From Nitrospinota bacterium (lineage in GTDB: Bacteria > Nitrospinota > Nitrospinia > Nitrospinales > VA-1), in assembly GCA_013349585.1 (NCBI GenBank), contig DUZG01000001.1, positions 3,499 to 67,498 of the forward strand: a stretch of DNA of 64,000 bases. Direction: 5' to 3'. A program made the translations under genes and the position numbers. Shown here piece after piece: positions 9,772 to 19,988 of this stretch. Each line of letters opens with the position of its first letter. Position 1 is the first letter of the stretch. Below the pieces are notes generated by a model. That model was not told the origin of the DNA. It made no database searches and was given only the letters and a program-made list of their open reading frames with translations.

Positions 9772-11304
9772 TTAAGACTTATAGTAGTCCTCAATAGCAT
9801 CGAGTAGGGATGCGACCGTATATTCATGGGGAAGGATATCGACCTTTAATCCGGCCTCTTCTGCGGTTTTTGCAGTGACGGGGCCAATGCAGGCGATGCG
9901 GATTTTTTTAATTTTCGGCAAGAGTGCTTTTCCGGTTAAGGTGAGAAAATTTTTGACGGTGGATGAGGAGGTGAATGTCAGTACATCGATATTCTCCGAT
10001 TGCAGTCTTTTTGCTAGGGCATCGGATTTGATTCTCGGTAAAACGGTTTGGTATGTGGGAGCGACATCTACCATTGCTCCCATTTCTCGAAGTTTTTCAG
10101 GGAGAATTTCGCGGGCAACGGTAGCGCGGGGAATGAGGAAACGTTTTCCATCAATATTTTCTTTGCCAATGCTTTCTATCAGAGACTCGGCGATAAAGTC
10201 ATCTGGAACAACGTCTACGCAAATTCCTAGATCACGAACCGCTTCGGCTGTCTTTGGTCCAATGGTAAAAATTCGCACGTCTTTTAAATTGCGGATGTCT
10301 TGCTGGGTTTCTTTGAGCCGTTGTACAAAAAAACGTACTCCGTTAACGCTGGTAAAAATGAGGCCATCGTAACGAGAAAGGTTATTCAATGCGTCATCAA
10401 GCGGTGCCCAGTCATCAGGTGCAGTCGTCTCGATAACCGGGAAGAAAAAAGGTTCTGCGCCTAATTCCCGCAACCGTTCGATCATGCTTTCGGCCTGGTC
10501 TCCCTTACGGGTTACCACAATGGTTTTACCGAATAGGGGTAAGTGCTCATACCATTCTATTTCGGATTTGAGGTTAACCACTTCGCCGATAACGGTGAGG
10601 GCTGGGGGTAAGATTTTTTCTTTGGAAGCGGTTTCTACAATGGTCGAGAGAGTCCCCTTCCAGGTTTTCTGGCGCGCGGTTGTTCCCCATTGAATAACGG
10701 CAATGGGTGTTTCCGGGCTTTTACCAAACTTTATTAGTTTTTCTGCGATCAAAGGCAATTTGCGCGCGCCCATCAAAAATACCAGGGTACCGGATCGGGA
10801 AGCTATTTTTTCCCAGTCGATATGAATGTCACCTTGGTTCTTTTCGTTGCTTCCCGTGATAACGGATAAAGTAGATGACAGATGTCGATGAGTTAGAGGA
10901 ATGCCGGCATAGGCTGCAACCCCGGTTACCGATGTAACCCCCGGAACAACAAGAAAGGGGATTTTTAACTTGTTGACCGCTTGAATCTCTTCACCACCGC
11001 GGCCAAATATAAAAGGGTCTCCGCCTTTGAGTCGTATAACAATTTTTCCTTCTTTGGCTTTTTCAACAAGCAGATCGTTAATTTTTTCCTGTTTGAGACT
11101 GGCAACACCTTCTTTTTTACCAACGTAGATTAGTTCTGTCTCTTTTTGCGTAAAACGTAACAGGTCTTCGTTGACCAAATGGTCGAAAAGAACGACATCG
11201 GCTTTTTGTAGCCAGTGCTTTCCCTGTAAGGTCAACAGACCCGCATCCCCTGGACCAGCACCGACGAGGATTACTTTTCCCTGCTTGTTGCTTGAATTAT
11301 TCAT
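9772..11304 (-). CDS. cobA: Fused uroporphyrinogen-III C-methyltransferase / uroporphyrinogen-III synthase (CobA-HemD)
   Basis: LVGAGPGDAGLLT, RLKGGDPFIFGRGGEE, followed by a HemD domain (IFTSVNGV, TFTSSSTV, ACIGPVTA). Start placed at ATG 11304. Confidence 0.93.
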   Translation of the reverse strand: MNNSSNKQGKVILVGAGPGDAGLLTLQGKHWLQKADVVLFDHLVNEDLLRFTQKETELIYVGKKEGVASLKQEKINDLLVEKAKEGKIVIRLKGGDPFIFGRGGEEIQAVNKLKIPFLVVPGVTSVTGVAAYAGIPLTHRHLSSTLSVITGSNEKNQGDIHIDWEKIASRSGTLVFLMGARKLPLIAEKLIKFGKSPETPIAVIQWGTTARQKTWKGTLSTIVETASKEKILPPALTVIGEVVNLKSEIEWYEHLPLFGKTIVVTRKGDQAESMIERLRELGAEPFFFPVIETTAPDDWAPLDDALNNLSRYDGLIFTSVNGVRFFVQRLKETQQDIRNLKDVRIFTIGPKTAEAVRDLGICVDVVPDDFIAESLIESIGKENIDGKRFLIPRATVAREILPEKLREMGAMVDVAPTYQTVLPRIKSDALAKRLQSENIDVLTFTSSSTVKNFLTLTGKALLPKIKKIRIACIGPVTAKTAEEAGLKVDILPHEYTVASLLDAIEDYYKS

Positions 11305-12076
11305 TTTTGGGGTGGAGATAATTGGCCATATTTGCAAAGTCGGACATGGACAGAGTTTCGCCTCGTCTGGAAAGGTCGATGCCAGCAAGTCGGGTTTGAC
11401 CTTGTTCGAATTTATCTTCCCATGGTTTTAGATTGTTTTTAAGCATTTTTCGTTTGTGCAAAAAAGCCGCGTTGACTAGTTTAAAAAAAAGTTGTGGGTC
11501 TTCAACTTGCACGCTGGGCTGCGGCAGTGGTTTCAGCGAGAACAGCGAAGAATCTATTTTTGGACGCGGTGAAAAAGCAGTGTTGGGAATTTCCAACAAG
11601 CGTTCTACTTTGCAGTGGTATTGCACATAAACCGATAGGGAACTGTATTCTTTGTTGCACGGTTCCGCTGTTAGTCGATCGACGACTTCTTTCTGCATCA
11701 TCAGAGTCATAGACTGAATTCGGCTGCCAAAATGAATTAGTTTTTTCATTATATGGGTGGCAGCATAGTAAGGAAGGTTGGATACGACTTTGAAGCCGGA
11801 CTCGAGAGATGCATAGTCGAATTTTGCGGCATCCTTTTCTATTATTTTTAATGAAGGGCTATCAGAAAAGCGATTTTCCAATTCCCGGCACAGTTTAGGG
11901 TCGAGCTCAATAGCAGTCAGGGAACGGGCTATAGGGAGGAGCCGTTGCGTGAGAACGCCCTTTCCGGGTCCGATTTCGACAACGTGATCATTGGGTTGGA
12001 TATTTGCTAACGTGATAATATTGTGCGCAATTTCAGAATCGACAAGAAAGTTTTGCCCGAGAGGCCTTTTTCTCAT
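11297..12076 (-). CDS. rsmA: 16S rRNA adenine dimethyltransferase RsmA/KsgA
   Basis: LGQNFL, VEIGPGKG, SNLPYY, FSPRPKIDS. Confidence 0.95.
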   Translation of the reverse strand: MRKRPLGQNFLVDSEIAHNIITLANIQPNDHVVEIGPGKGVLTQRLLPIARSLTAIELDPKLCRELENRFSDSPSLKIIEKDAAKFDYASLESGFKVVSNLPYYAATHIMKKLIHFGSRIQSMTLMMQKEVVDRLTAEPCNKEYSSLSVYVQYHCKVERLLEIPNTAFSPRPKIDSSLFSLKPLPQPSVQVEDPQLFFKLVNAAFLHKRKMLKNNLKPWEDKFEQGQTRLAGIDLSRRGETLSMSDFANMANYLHPKNE

Positions 12077-13065
12077 TGCATGGAAAGGGTGGATTGCGAC
12101 AACCGAGTCGCAGTTCTTAATGCTAGCTTAAGGTTTTCTGCAGAGGCTTTATTGCGACCCACAATATCGTAGGCAGTGCCATGATCCACAGAGGTTCGCA
12201 AAATGGGCAGGCCCATAGTTATATTGACGCCCATGCCGTTCATTTTCACGGGGATCATACCCTGATCGTGGTACATGCAGATGACCGCATCGTACTTTTC
12301 GGATGCCGTTCTTTGAAACAAGGAGTCTGCTGGATAGGGGCCGCTTGCCTGAATGCCTTCCTGCTGGGCAATTTTTATTGCGGGAAGGATGAACTCTATT
12401 TCTTCCTGCCCAAAAATACCTCCATCACCAGAATGGGGATTAAGACCGACCACCGCAATACTGGGAATATCTGTAACATGTTTCTGTAACCAGTCATTTG
12501 TTTGTCGGATGCTTTGCAAAACTTTTTCTTCAGTAATTTGCGACTTGACCTGATCCAAAGGAAGATGAGTTGTTACTAATACCACTCGCAGTAAATTACC
12601 TTCCATCATAAGACTGGGATTTTTAGAGTCTGTCAAGTGGCCTAAAAGTTCAGTGTGTCCCGGGAAAGTATGACCCGCCAAATGTAAACTTTGCTTATTA
12701 ATGGGAGCTGTGGTGATGGCGGCGACCTCATTTTTGAGAGCGAGCTCAACGGCTTTTTGGATGGCTTCATAACTGGCCTTACCGCCCTCTGCAGAGGGTT
12801 TTCCCAGGGGGAGTGCCTCGGGTACATTGTTAAGATCAATGACATCTATGGTGCTGGTCTGGTACCAAGCTTCTTTAGGTGAGGTGACCGAATGGATGAG
12901 AATTTCTGGTGCAATTTGCTTTGCTGTTTTTTTAAGTAACTCGGCATCGCCAATTACTAAAACCCGAGTATCGATCGATAATTGTTCGTCCTGAAACGCT
13001 TTGACAATTATTTCAGGGCCGATACCCGCAGGGTCGCCGAGAGTTAATGCGATGATGGCTTCCAT
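12073..13065 (-). CDS. pdxA: 4-hydroxythreonine-4-phosphate dehydrogenase
   Basis: GDPAGIGPE, TAPINK, GHTE, MYHDQG, RTSVDHGTAYDI; adjacent to rsmA. Confidence 0.95.
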   Translation of the reverse strand: MEAIIALTLGDPAGIGPEIIVKAFQDEQLSIDTRVLVIGDAELLKKTAKQIAPEILIHSVTSPKEAWYQTSTIDVIDLNNVPEALPLGKPSAEGGKASYEAIQKAVELALKNEVAAITTAPINKQSLHLAGHTFPGHTELLGHLTDSKNPSLMMEGNLLRVVLVTTHLPLDQVKSQITEEKVLQSIRQTNDWLQKHVTDIPSIAVVGLNPHSGDGGIFGQEEIEFILPAIKIAQQEGIQASGPYPADSLFQRTASEKYDAVICMYHDQGMIPVKMNGMGVNITMGLPILRTSVDHGTAYDIVGRNKASAENLKLALRTATRLSQSTLSMQ

Positions 13066-13141
13066 TTATTATTCTTTTAGGTGTAAGTAAGTGTGGGGGA
13101 AACAGTTGCAAAAAAAAACTAACCGCATTTGATGCAATAAA

Positions 13142-13174
13142 TTTACCCGCTCTTGGATTGCAAGAGCGGGTAAA
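13142..13174 (-). terminator. Probable intrinsic terminator of pckA
   Basis: Perfect 14-bp inverted repeat tttacccgctcttg/caagagcgggtaaa, 26 bp after the pckA stop, with an A/T-rich tail. Confidence 0.7.
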
Positions 13175-13200
13175 GGGTTGAAACCATTTTTCTGAGATTG

Positions 13201-14862
13201 CTATTTTCTAAGCTCGTGAATTTTTCCGGCAGACTTTCCCTTGCCTGCAACAGGCTTTGGGCTTGCATCGAGAATTTTCTTATCCACGTTATCCTCATAT
13301 TCTTTAAAGTTTTCAATAAACTGGTTAGCCAGTTCATTGGCTTTCTCGTCATACGCTTCCGGATTTTTCCAGGTATTTCTGGGAAACAGGTATTCTTTAG
13401 GTACATCTTTAACAACCAGAGGGATTTGTATCCCGAACACCGGATCGGTTTCGGTTTCAACATTGTCCAGTTGACCTTCGAGAATAGCCTTGATCATAGC
13501 GCGGGTGTATTTAATTTCGATTCTTTTCCCTACCCCGTATGCTCCTCCCGTCCAACCTGTGTTGACGAGCCAGCAGGAGACTTTATGCTTGTCAATTCTT
13601 TCACCAAGCATATCGGCATAAACAGAAGGATGCAATGACATGAAGGGAGCGCCAAAACAGGTACTAAAAATAGCCGTAGGTTCGCGGCTCATGCCCTTTT
13701 CGGTGCCCGCAACCTTTGCGGTGTAACCAGAAATGAAATGGTACATGGCTTGTTCGGGTGTCAGCTTTGAAACCGGAGGCATGACACCATAAGCATCGCA
13801 GGTGAGCATGATTACATTATTAGGATGACCACCCATACCTTCGAGTACCGCGTTGTTAATGTGTGTGATGGGGTAGCTGGCACGCGTGTTTTCAGTCAGG
13901 CTGGCATCGTCCAAATCCAGTCGCCGTGCATCTTTGCTCAGAACCACGTTTTCAAGCAAGGTACCGAATTTACGTGTGCATTCAAAAATTTCCGGCTCAG
14001 ATTTTTGAGAGAGGCGGATTACTTTGGCATAACAACCGCCTTCAAAATTAAAAACACCGCGATCGCTCCACCCGTGCTCATCGTCTCCTATCAGTTTCCT
14101 TTTTGGGTCGGCGGACAAAGTGGTTTTGCCAGTTCCGGAAAGACCAAAAAATATCGCAGAATCGCCTTTATCGCCAATATTTGCTGAGCAATGCATGGAT
14201 AAAACGGACTGCTTCTGTGGCAACAGGTAATTTAAAATGGAGAAAACGGATTTCTTGATTTCACCCGCGTAGCTGGTGCCTCCGATAAGAACCAACTGCC
14301 TGCCAAAGTCAACAATGACAAATACCTCTGAATTGGTTCCATCGATAGCTGGCACAGCTTTGAAGTCTGGCACGTGCATGATGGTGAATGCGGGGTCGTG
14401 GTTTTCCAGCTTTGCCATATCGCGTATCTGGATAAACATATTTCGCGCAAAAAGACTGTGCCATGCATGTTCGGTTATAACCCGGATATGGGTCTGGTGT
14501 TTGGGGTCGCAACCAGCGCAACAATCCTGAACATAGACTTCCTTACCTTGCAAATAGGCAAGAATGCGAGAATAGAGGGCTTCAAATTGTTCTACGGAAA
14601 AGGGGCGGTTTACTTTCCCCCACCAGATATTTTCCTGGCTGGAAGGCTCCTTTACGATAAACTTGTCGTTAGGTGCTCTACCCGTATGCTCACCTGTGGT
14701 TACGCAAACAGGGCCAAGATGCGACAATTCGCCTTCTTTATTGGCTATGATGTGTTCGTAAAGTTGTGGAGTGGATAAATTCCAGTTGATTTTTTTTAAG
14801 TTTTTGAGGCCGTGAGTTTCCAAACCTACTTTATGCTTTAAAACGTTTTGCGGCATGGACAA
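13201..14862 (-). CDS. pckA: Phosphoenolpyruvate carboxykinase (ATP)
   Basis: GGTSYAGEIKKS, GLSGTGKTTLS, LIGDDEHGW, NFEGGCYAK. Confidence 0.97.
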   Translation of the reverse strand: MSMPQNVLKHKVGLETHGLKNLKKINWNLSTPQLYEHIIANKEGELSHLGPVCVTTGEHTGRAPNDKFIVKEPSSQENIWWGKVNRPFSVEQFEALYSRILAYLQGKEVYVQDCCAGCDPKHQTHIRVITEHAWHSLFARNMFIQIRDMAKLENHDPAFTIMHVPDFKAVPAIDGTNSEVFVIVDFGRQLVLIGGTSYAGEIKKSVFSILNYLLPQKQSVLSMHCSANIGDKGDSAIFFGLSGTGKTTLSADPKRKLIGDDEHGWSDRGVFNFEGGCYAKVIRLSQKSEPEIFECTRKFGTLLENVVLSKDARRLDLDDASLTENTRASYPITHINNAVLEGMGGHPNNVIMLTCDAYGVMPPVSKLTPEQAMYHFISGYTAKVAGTEKGMSREPTAIFSTCFGAPFMSLHPSVYADMLGERIDKHKVSCWLVNTGWTGGAYGVGKRIEIKYTRAMIKAILEGQLDNVETETDPVFGIQIPLVVKDVPKEYLFPRNTWKNPEAYDEKANELANQFIENFKEYEDNVDKKILDASPKPVAGKGKSAGKIHELRK

Positions 14863-15037
14863 AATTCCTTTATGATGAGTCGGTGAGCGACCGTAAACCC
14901 TTGTTGGGGAACAGTTTCCCCTATTCTCGGAGCCTACTAATAAACCATAATTTATTTTAGCATATAAAATAAAAATGAAAATAGGTTTTTGGGGCTAAAA
15001 CTCTAATTCTTATCGGTTAAAAACAGGAACCCTTAAA

Positions 15038-15955
15038 ATGTTCAATTTTCTGAAAAAAAAGGCAAAAGAGCCGGTAATTAAGGTGTTGGCCCGAGAAAGT
15101 ACCCAGTATAACGACATTTATGTCATTCAAAATGAAGATTACCGGGAGCTTTGGTTTAAGGGCAATGGCGACTATTTTCTGCAAAGTCGAGTGAATATCG
15201 AGCAGCAAAAACAATTGGCATTGGTTTATTCCAATATGATGATGGCATCTTTGCTTTTCTGTCCCAAGCCACAAAGATTATTAATGGTCGGATTAGGGGG
15301 GGCAGCGGTTACTAATTTTCTCAGCCAACAGTTCCCGAATTTGCACATTGATGTTGTGGAAATTGACCCCAAAGTAATTGAGGTTTCTAAAAAGTATTTT
15401 TATCTGCGTGAATCTAATCGTTATCGGGTTTTTGAAGAAGACGGCAGAGTGTTTATTCAGAAACGAAAAGGGCAGGAACCGTATGACTGGATTATTCTCG
15501 ATGCATTCAAAAGCGGGTCTATTCCATATCATTTAAAGACCTATGAGTTTTATAAAGAGATCCGCGCTATTTTAAAACCCGATGGAATCGTGGGCTCGAA
15601 CTTATACGGCAAGGGAAATTCTTTAAAACCTCGAGATACAAAAACCTTCATGTCGGTTTTTCCAAATATTTATTGTTTTGAGGATGACGAACGCGTTGCA
15701 ACCGTATTAATCGCCAATGGTGGGGAGCGTTGGTCTGAAAAAAAAATAAACGAAAGGGCAGCAATTTCTAATAAAATGCCCGAACCGTTTTCGATGCAGG
15801 AGGTTGCGAAAACCTATCGACCAGGAAAGTTTTTCAAAGAATCTGTAGCGAGGTTTGACGACCACTTTTCAGAGAAGGGTTTTATGCATGACGTGGGGAA
15901 AGAGAACCGATCAAGTGTTAAGCCCAGACGGTATCCGATAAAAAATATTCACTGA
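15038..15955 (+). CDS. Spermidine synthase-like SAM-binding protein
   Basis: LMVGLGGA, VVEIDPKV, EDGRVFI, YDWIILDAF. Confidence 0.8.
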   Translation: MFNFLKKKAKEPVIKVLARESTQYNDIYVIQNEDYRELWFKGNGDYFLQSRVNIEQQKQLALVYSNMMMASLLFCPKPQRLLMVGLGGAAVTNFLSQQFPNLHIDVVEIDPKVIEVSKKYFYLRESNRYRVFEEDGRVFIQKRKGQEPYDWIILDAFKSGSIPYHLKTYEFYKEIRAILKPDGIVGSNLYGKGNSLKPRDTKTFMSVFPNIYCFEDDERVATVLIANGGERWSEKKINERAAISNKMPEPFSMQEVAKTYRPGKFFKESVARFDDHFSEKGFMHDVGKENRSSVKPRRYPIKNIH

Positions 15956-15973
15956 AAAACGAGAGTGTGGTTT

Positions 15974-18900
15974 TTAAGAGGGAAGATTGAAAACTTGTAT
16001 TTTTCTGCCATCAAAGTTTGATACAGCCAACCGACCGTTGTGAATAGAAAGCCCCGCTGTTTTGCCAAGTCCTCCGGTTCTGTTTCCTTGCTTACGATAG
16101 GTATCAACAACTTCGAGGTCGTTGTTCAAATGGATGATCTGGTTGTTCCAAAAATCGGAACCAAATATTCCATGTTCAGGGTCGCAGGCAAGAAAATAAA
16201 TATCATCGAAACCCAGGCCTTCTTGTTGTACCTGGTTAATCAATTTTCCATCGGCATCGAAACGTTTCAATAAGAATTCTGAGCGATCACCTACAATGAT
16301 TCCCCCATCTTCTAGGCAAAAGACTCCGCAGGGTGCCTTCAGGTTTTCTGATTGCTCGACAGAGAGGGGAGTTGCTTTCCCATTCGAGTCGAAGATTGCG
16401 ATACGGTTGTTGTCGGGATCGGCGATATGAATTTTGTCTTGAGAGTCTATTGAAAGCGAAAAGACATGACCAAGAACACCCTCCTCGAATTGAAGGATGA
16501 AGTTTCCTTTCACATCAAATTTTTTAACCACTCCATTTCCTTCGTCAATGACATAAATATTGTCGTGACTATCGGTAGCTATGTTGATCGGATATTTGAA
16601 AGCCCCTGGATTGTTTCCCCATGTCCCAAAATGAAATCTGTATTTTCCCTCGGATGAATAGCAATGAATGCGATGGTTTTCATAGTCGGCTACCAAAAGG
16701 TCTCCTTTGCTATTATGGACAAGGCCTTGAGGGTTTAAAGGCAATCCAATTTCTGAGCCAACTTTACTAATAGAAAAAATTTGCTTTAACTGCGTCTCTG
16801 GCGCAGATGCATTTGCTTCTGTAAAATTTAGAATCAGATTGAGCAAATTTTTTGATCGCATGCTTCTCTTAAGTTTCAGCTCTAATCGATTTATATTTGC
16901 CTGGAGTTGGGTAATATTAGCATCCACTTTTATGGATGCATCGATGTCGGATATATCGTGAGCGGATTCAAACTGTTTTTGCTGCAACCTCAAAGCGGCC
17001 ATTTCAAAAAAATTTGATTTTCTCTCGCGGGAAATTTCTAAGGTGTCGTTGTCTAGTTTTTTTGTGTAGATTGCAAGTTCATCGAACAATTGCGCATTAT
17101 CTTGAGGTTGATTTAAAACCTGAGCTAATGCTGCCCCTGCAATAAGTCGATGCAGGTTGAGATTTTCGTTGATATCGAGCCCTTTAATCATCCTACGTAT
17201 CAGATTCAACTGGAATTCAAAAACGGCGATATTGTTGTTTATGCCAATGGGGGTTGTTTTGTCTTCTGTTCCTACCTGTCTTTGTTGTACGTCCAAATCT
17301 CTTCTTTGTCGCTCCATATCATCCAACTGATCCAATAACTCCACGGATTTTTCTTCGAAAACAGATTGTGTTTTCAGGGCGGCGAGACATTGTGCGACCA
17401 GTTCGCTTTTCTGGTTTGCAAGGGAAGCTGAATTATATTTATTCGGGCCCCATAGCAATATCCCGTTTTCAAATCTAATTTCAGCGGATTGTGACTGCAG
17501 GACTTTGGCTGTTTGTTCTATATCCAGATTTTCGGAATCAAAAGCGACTGGTGCAAAATTGTCGATACTGGGTTCTGTAACAGAACTGTTTTTATTTTCC
17601 CAGTGAGGCATGACTGAATCCAGAGTTTCCAGAAATTGCGGCTCTAAAAAATCTAGTGTTTGCCAATGTTCATGAAAGCGGATAATTATGCGGGTCGCGT
17701 TCTCGGAGAAAGTGGAACTTGAGGTCAGGCTGCGAAGAAGTTTTCTGGCTTTTTCATTGTCGGTTGCCTGACGAGCTAGAACTTTCAAAACTTGAAAATG
17801 GGTTCGCATTTGAAATTGCAAATGCAAGAGAAGGTCCATGATTCTGTCGCTATAATAATTCTTTATAAGAAAGGAGGGGAGTTGGTCACTTCCGACATCT
17901 CCTAAAATTTGCACCATGGACTCTTCACATTTTTCTTTTTTATCAAAGTATTCATTGATGATGTCTACCGAAAAATTCCACTGGCGATCCAGCAGGCTCG
18001 TGATAGTTTCCATCTGTGTTTCATTGATTTCACTTTCAATCAGGTAGTAAATGAAACTGTAAAATTGTTGTGTCATTTTTCGAAAGGAATAAAAAGTGTT
18101 GCGGGTCTGTCGAAAGTATTCCCTGTCTTCCTGCTCGTATTTGTAAAGGTCCTTGTTGAATTCGCGAAGTCCTTGCGGGTCACTTTGGATCAATTTTTGT
18201 TCCTGCATCTGAAGCTCATTGAGTTTTTGCGCGGCCTCTTGCCAGAGCTGAAAAGCGGTTGTCATGCTTTTTCTTGATTCATTGAGTTGGTTTTCGATCA
18301 ATGGAATAGCGAGATCAATACTTGATCCTGTAATTTTTTTTCCTTCAAAAGCCAGCCGGCCAAGTTGAAGAGGCGCCTCTGAATTTTTGCCTGTAGGGTT
18401 TTTGCTGAGCAGGTCTAATGTTTGCTCCAGAGTTGCTAACGATTTGGGGTCGTTTTCATTTTTTGCCTGTACGAGAGAATAATAATAAATGTGTTCTGGG
18501 TTCAGGGGTTCGCTCGTTGCTAACTTTTCTGCCAGAGTATTTTCTGTGCCTGTCGGAATTTGATACTTCAGTATTTTGGTGTCAAATGTTGAACCGATAA
18601 ATAAATTCCCTGCAGAGTCTACCCGTGTCAGGCAGGGCGCTTCCAGCGGTGTTTCTTCGTGTTCGATCGCGTTCAGATATTGACCGAAGGCAGTGAATAT
18701 CTGGATCCGGTTGTTGTTCAGGTCAGCGATATAAAGTAAATCATTGGCGGCGATCGCAACACAAAGTGGGTATTGAAATTGTCCCGGCTCATCCCCTTGT
18801 TCCCCAAAAGTTAATATTTCTTGCCATTTTTTATCAAATTTTCGAATACGATGATTGCCGCTGTCTGTAACGAAATAATTTTCATGACTGTCGGTGGCGA

Positions 18901-19453
18901 TGGAGGTGGGAAACTCGAATAGTGGTGGCGCCAATAGATTAAAAGGAGTTTCATAATTACTCGCCAGTTCCTCTTCCAGAACTGTCCCTCTTTGCCCGAC
19001 CCACCCCAGTGATTTACCATGACCATCGAAGAATTGAATTCGGTGATTGTATCTTTCTACAACAATCAGAGTTCCCGATGAGTCGATGAGGATGTCGTAG
19101 GGCTCGTTCAACTCGCCTTTACCATCACCACATGAGCCAAAAGATAGAAGCGGTTTGCCCTGTGAGTCGAATTTTTGTATTCGGTGATTCCAACTGTCGG
19201 CGACAAAAATATTTCCCTCTTTATCTACTGCGATGCCTTTTGGGTATTGAAGCTGGCCTTGTTCTTTGCCTTTTTCGCCAAAGCTGGTTATTAGCTTGAA
19301 TTGCGGATCGTAAATCTGAATTCGGTGATTGAAATCGTCTGCTAATAGAATATTACCATCATGAGTGAAGCATAATCCTGATGGCGGAGACAATTCTTCG
19401 TCTTCTTTAGTTCTGAAGGAAGCATCGAATGTTACGGGAAAAAGGGAAGTCAT
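15974..19453 (-). CDS. Large protein with N- and C-terminal NHL-repeat beta-propellers and a long helical/coiled-coil core
   Basis: Repeats PxGIAVD..FVADSWNHRIQKF at both ends. Start placed at ATG 19453. Confidence 0.85.
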   Translation of the reverse strand: MTSLFPVTFDASFRTKEDEELSPPSGLCFTHDGNILLADDFNHRIQIYDPQFKLITSFGEKGKEQGQLQYPKGIAVDKEGNIFVADSWNHRIQKFDSQGKPLLSFGSCGDGKGELNEPYDILIDSSGTLIVVERYNHRIQFFDGHGKSLGWVGQRGTVLEEELASNYETPFNLLAPPLFEFPTSIATDSHENYFVTDSGNHRIRKFDKKWQEILTFGEQGDEPGQFQYPLCVAIAANDLLYIADLNNNRIQIFTAFGQYLNAIEHEETPLEAPCLTRVDSAGNLFIGSTFDTKILKYQIPTGTENTLAEKLATSEPLNPEHIYYYSLVQAKNENDPKSLATLEQTLDLLSKNPTGKNSEAPLQLGRLAFEGKKITGSSIDLAIPLIENQLNESRKSMTTAFQLWQEAAQKLNELQMQEQKLIQSDPQGLREFNKDLYKYEQEDREYFRQTRNTFYSFRKMTQQFYSFIYYLIESEINETQMETITSLLDRQWNFSVDIINEYFDKKEKCEESMVQILGDVGSDQLPSFLIKNYYSDRIMDLLLHLQFQMRTHFQVLKVLARQATDNEKARKLLRSLTSSSTFSENATRIIIRFHEHWQTLDFLEPQFLETLDSVMPHWENKNSSVTEPSIDNFAPVAFDSENLDIEQTAKVLQSQSAEIRFENGILLWGPNKYNSASLANQKSELVAQCLAALKTQSVFEEKSVELLDQLDDMERQRRDLDVQQRQVGTEDKTTPIGINNNIAVFEFQLNLIRRMIKGLDINENLNLHRLIAGAALAQVLNQPQDNAQLFDELAIYTKKLDNDTLEISRERKSNFFEMAALRLQQKQFESAHDISDIDASIKVDANITQLQANINRLELKLKRSMRSKNLLNLILNFTEANASAPETQLKQIFSISKVGSEIGLPLNPQGLVHNSKGDLLVADYENHRIHCYSSEGKYRFHFGTWGNNPGAFKYPINIATDSHDNIYVIDEGNGVVKKFDVKGNFILQFEEGVLGHVFSLSIDSQDKIHIADPDNNRIAIFDSNGKATPLSVEQSENLKAPCGVFCLEDGGIIVGDRSEFLLKRFDADGKLINQVQQEGLGFDDIYFLACDPEHGIFGSDFWNNQIIHLNNDLEVVDTYRKQGNRTGGLGKTAGLSIHNGRLAVSNFDGRKIQVFNLPS

Positions 19454-19576
19454 AGTTGCCTTTAGATGATACGGGGGGTAGTTGATTAAGAGCACTCAGC
19501 CTGACCAGTCAGGCCGCATTTAATCACAAAAACAAGGACATTACAAATGACCTGTCGGTGGTACTGATTGCAGAGA

Positions 19577-19926
19577 ATTATTTGGGTTTCTGCGCCACAC
19601 CAGTATTATTTTCGTTATATTTAATTGTCCATTCATTGGAAGAGTCTATCTCTTTCTGCCAGATTTTTCATGTGTTCTGGCTCATCATACATTCGGCACC
19701 TTGAATCAGGTTCCAATGATCGAAACAATAGAGATGTCCCTTCTCCGAATTATTAACGGCGTTTCCTAAAATGATATAACTTTTTCCATGCCAGGAGCCG
19801 ACTTCAATAATCGTCCTTGGATTCTCCAGAAGTTAAATCATAGAGAAGTCGCGCATGTTCTTCAGGCGTATAGGGAGATGCAATATGCTGCGCCTGGTTC
19901 CAGATAGCGTTAAATATTATGTCGGA
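19577..19926 (-). pseudogene. Remnant of a class I SAM methyltransferase (Methyltransf_24-like)
   Basis: Manual translation: EHARLLYDL / NPRTIIEVGSWHGKSYIILG...LYCFDHW, with a frameshift, stops and no clear start. Confidence 0.65.
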
Positions 19927-19988
19927 CCTTTTTTTTCCTGAGTAGGGGGGAGCTCAGGGTTTCTTTGTGGCTCGGGGAACTGTTTTTC

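Noticed and set aside
14863..14950. Riboswitch in the pckA leader
   Set aside because: Only short hairpins (ggggaa/ttcccc); no known aptamer consensus recognised.
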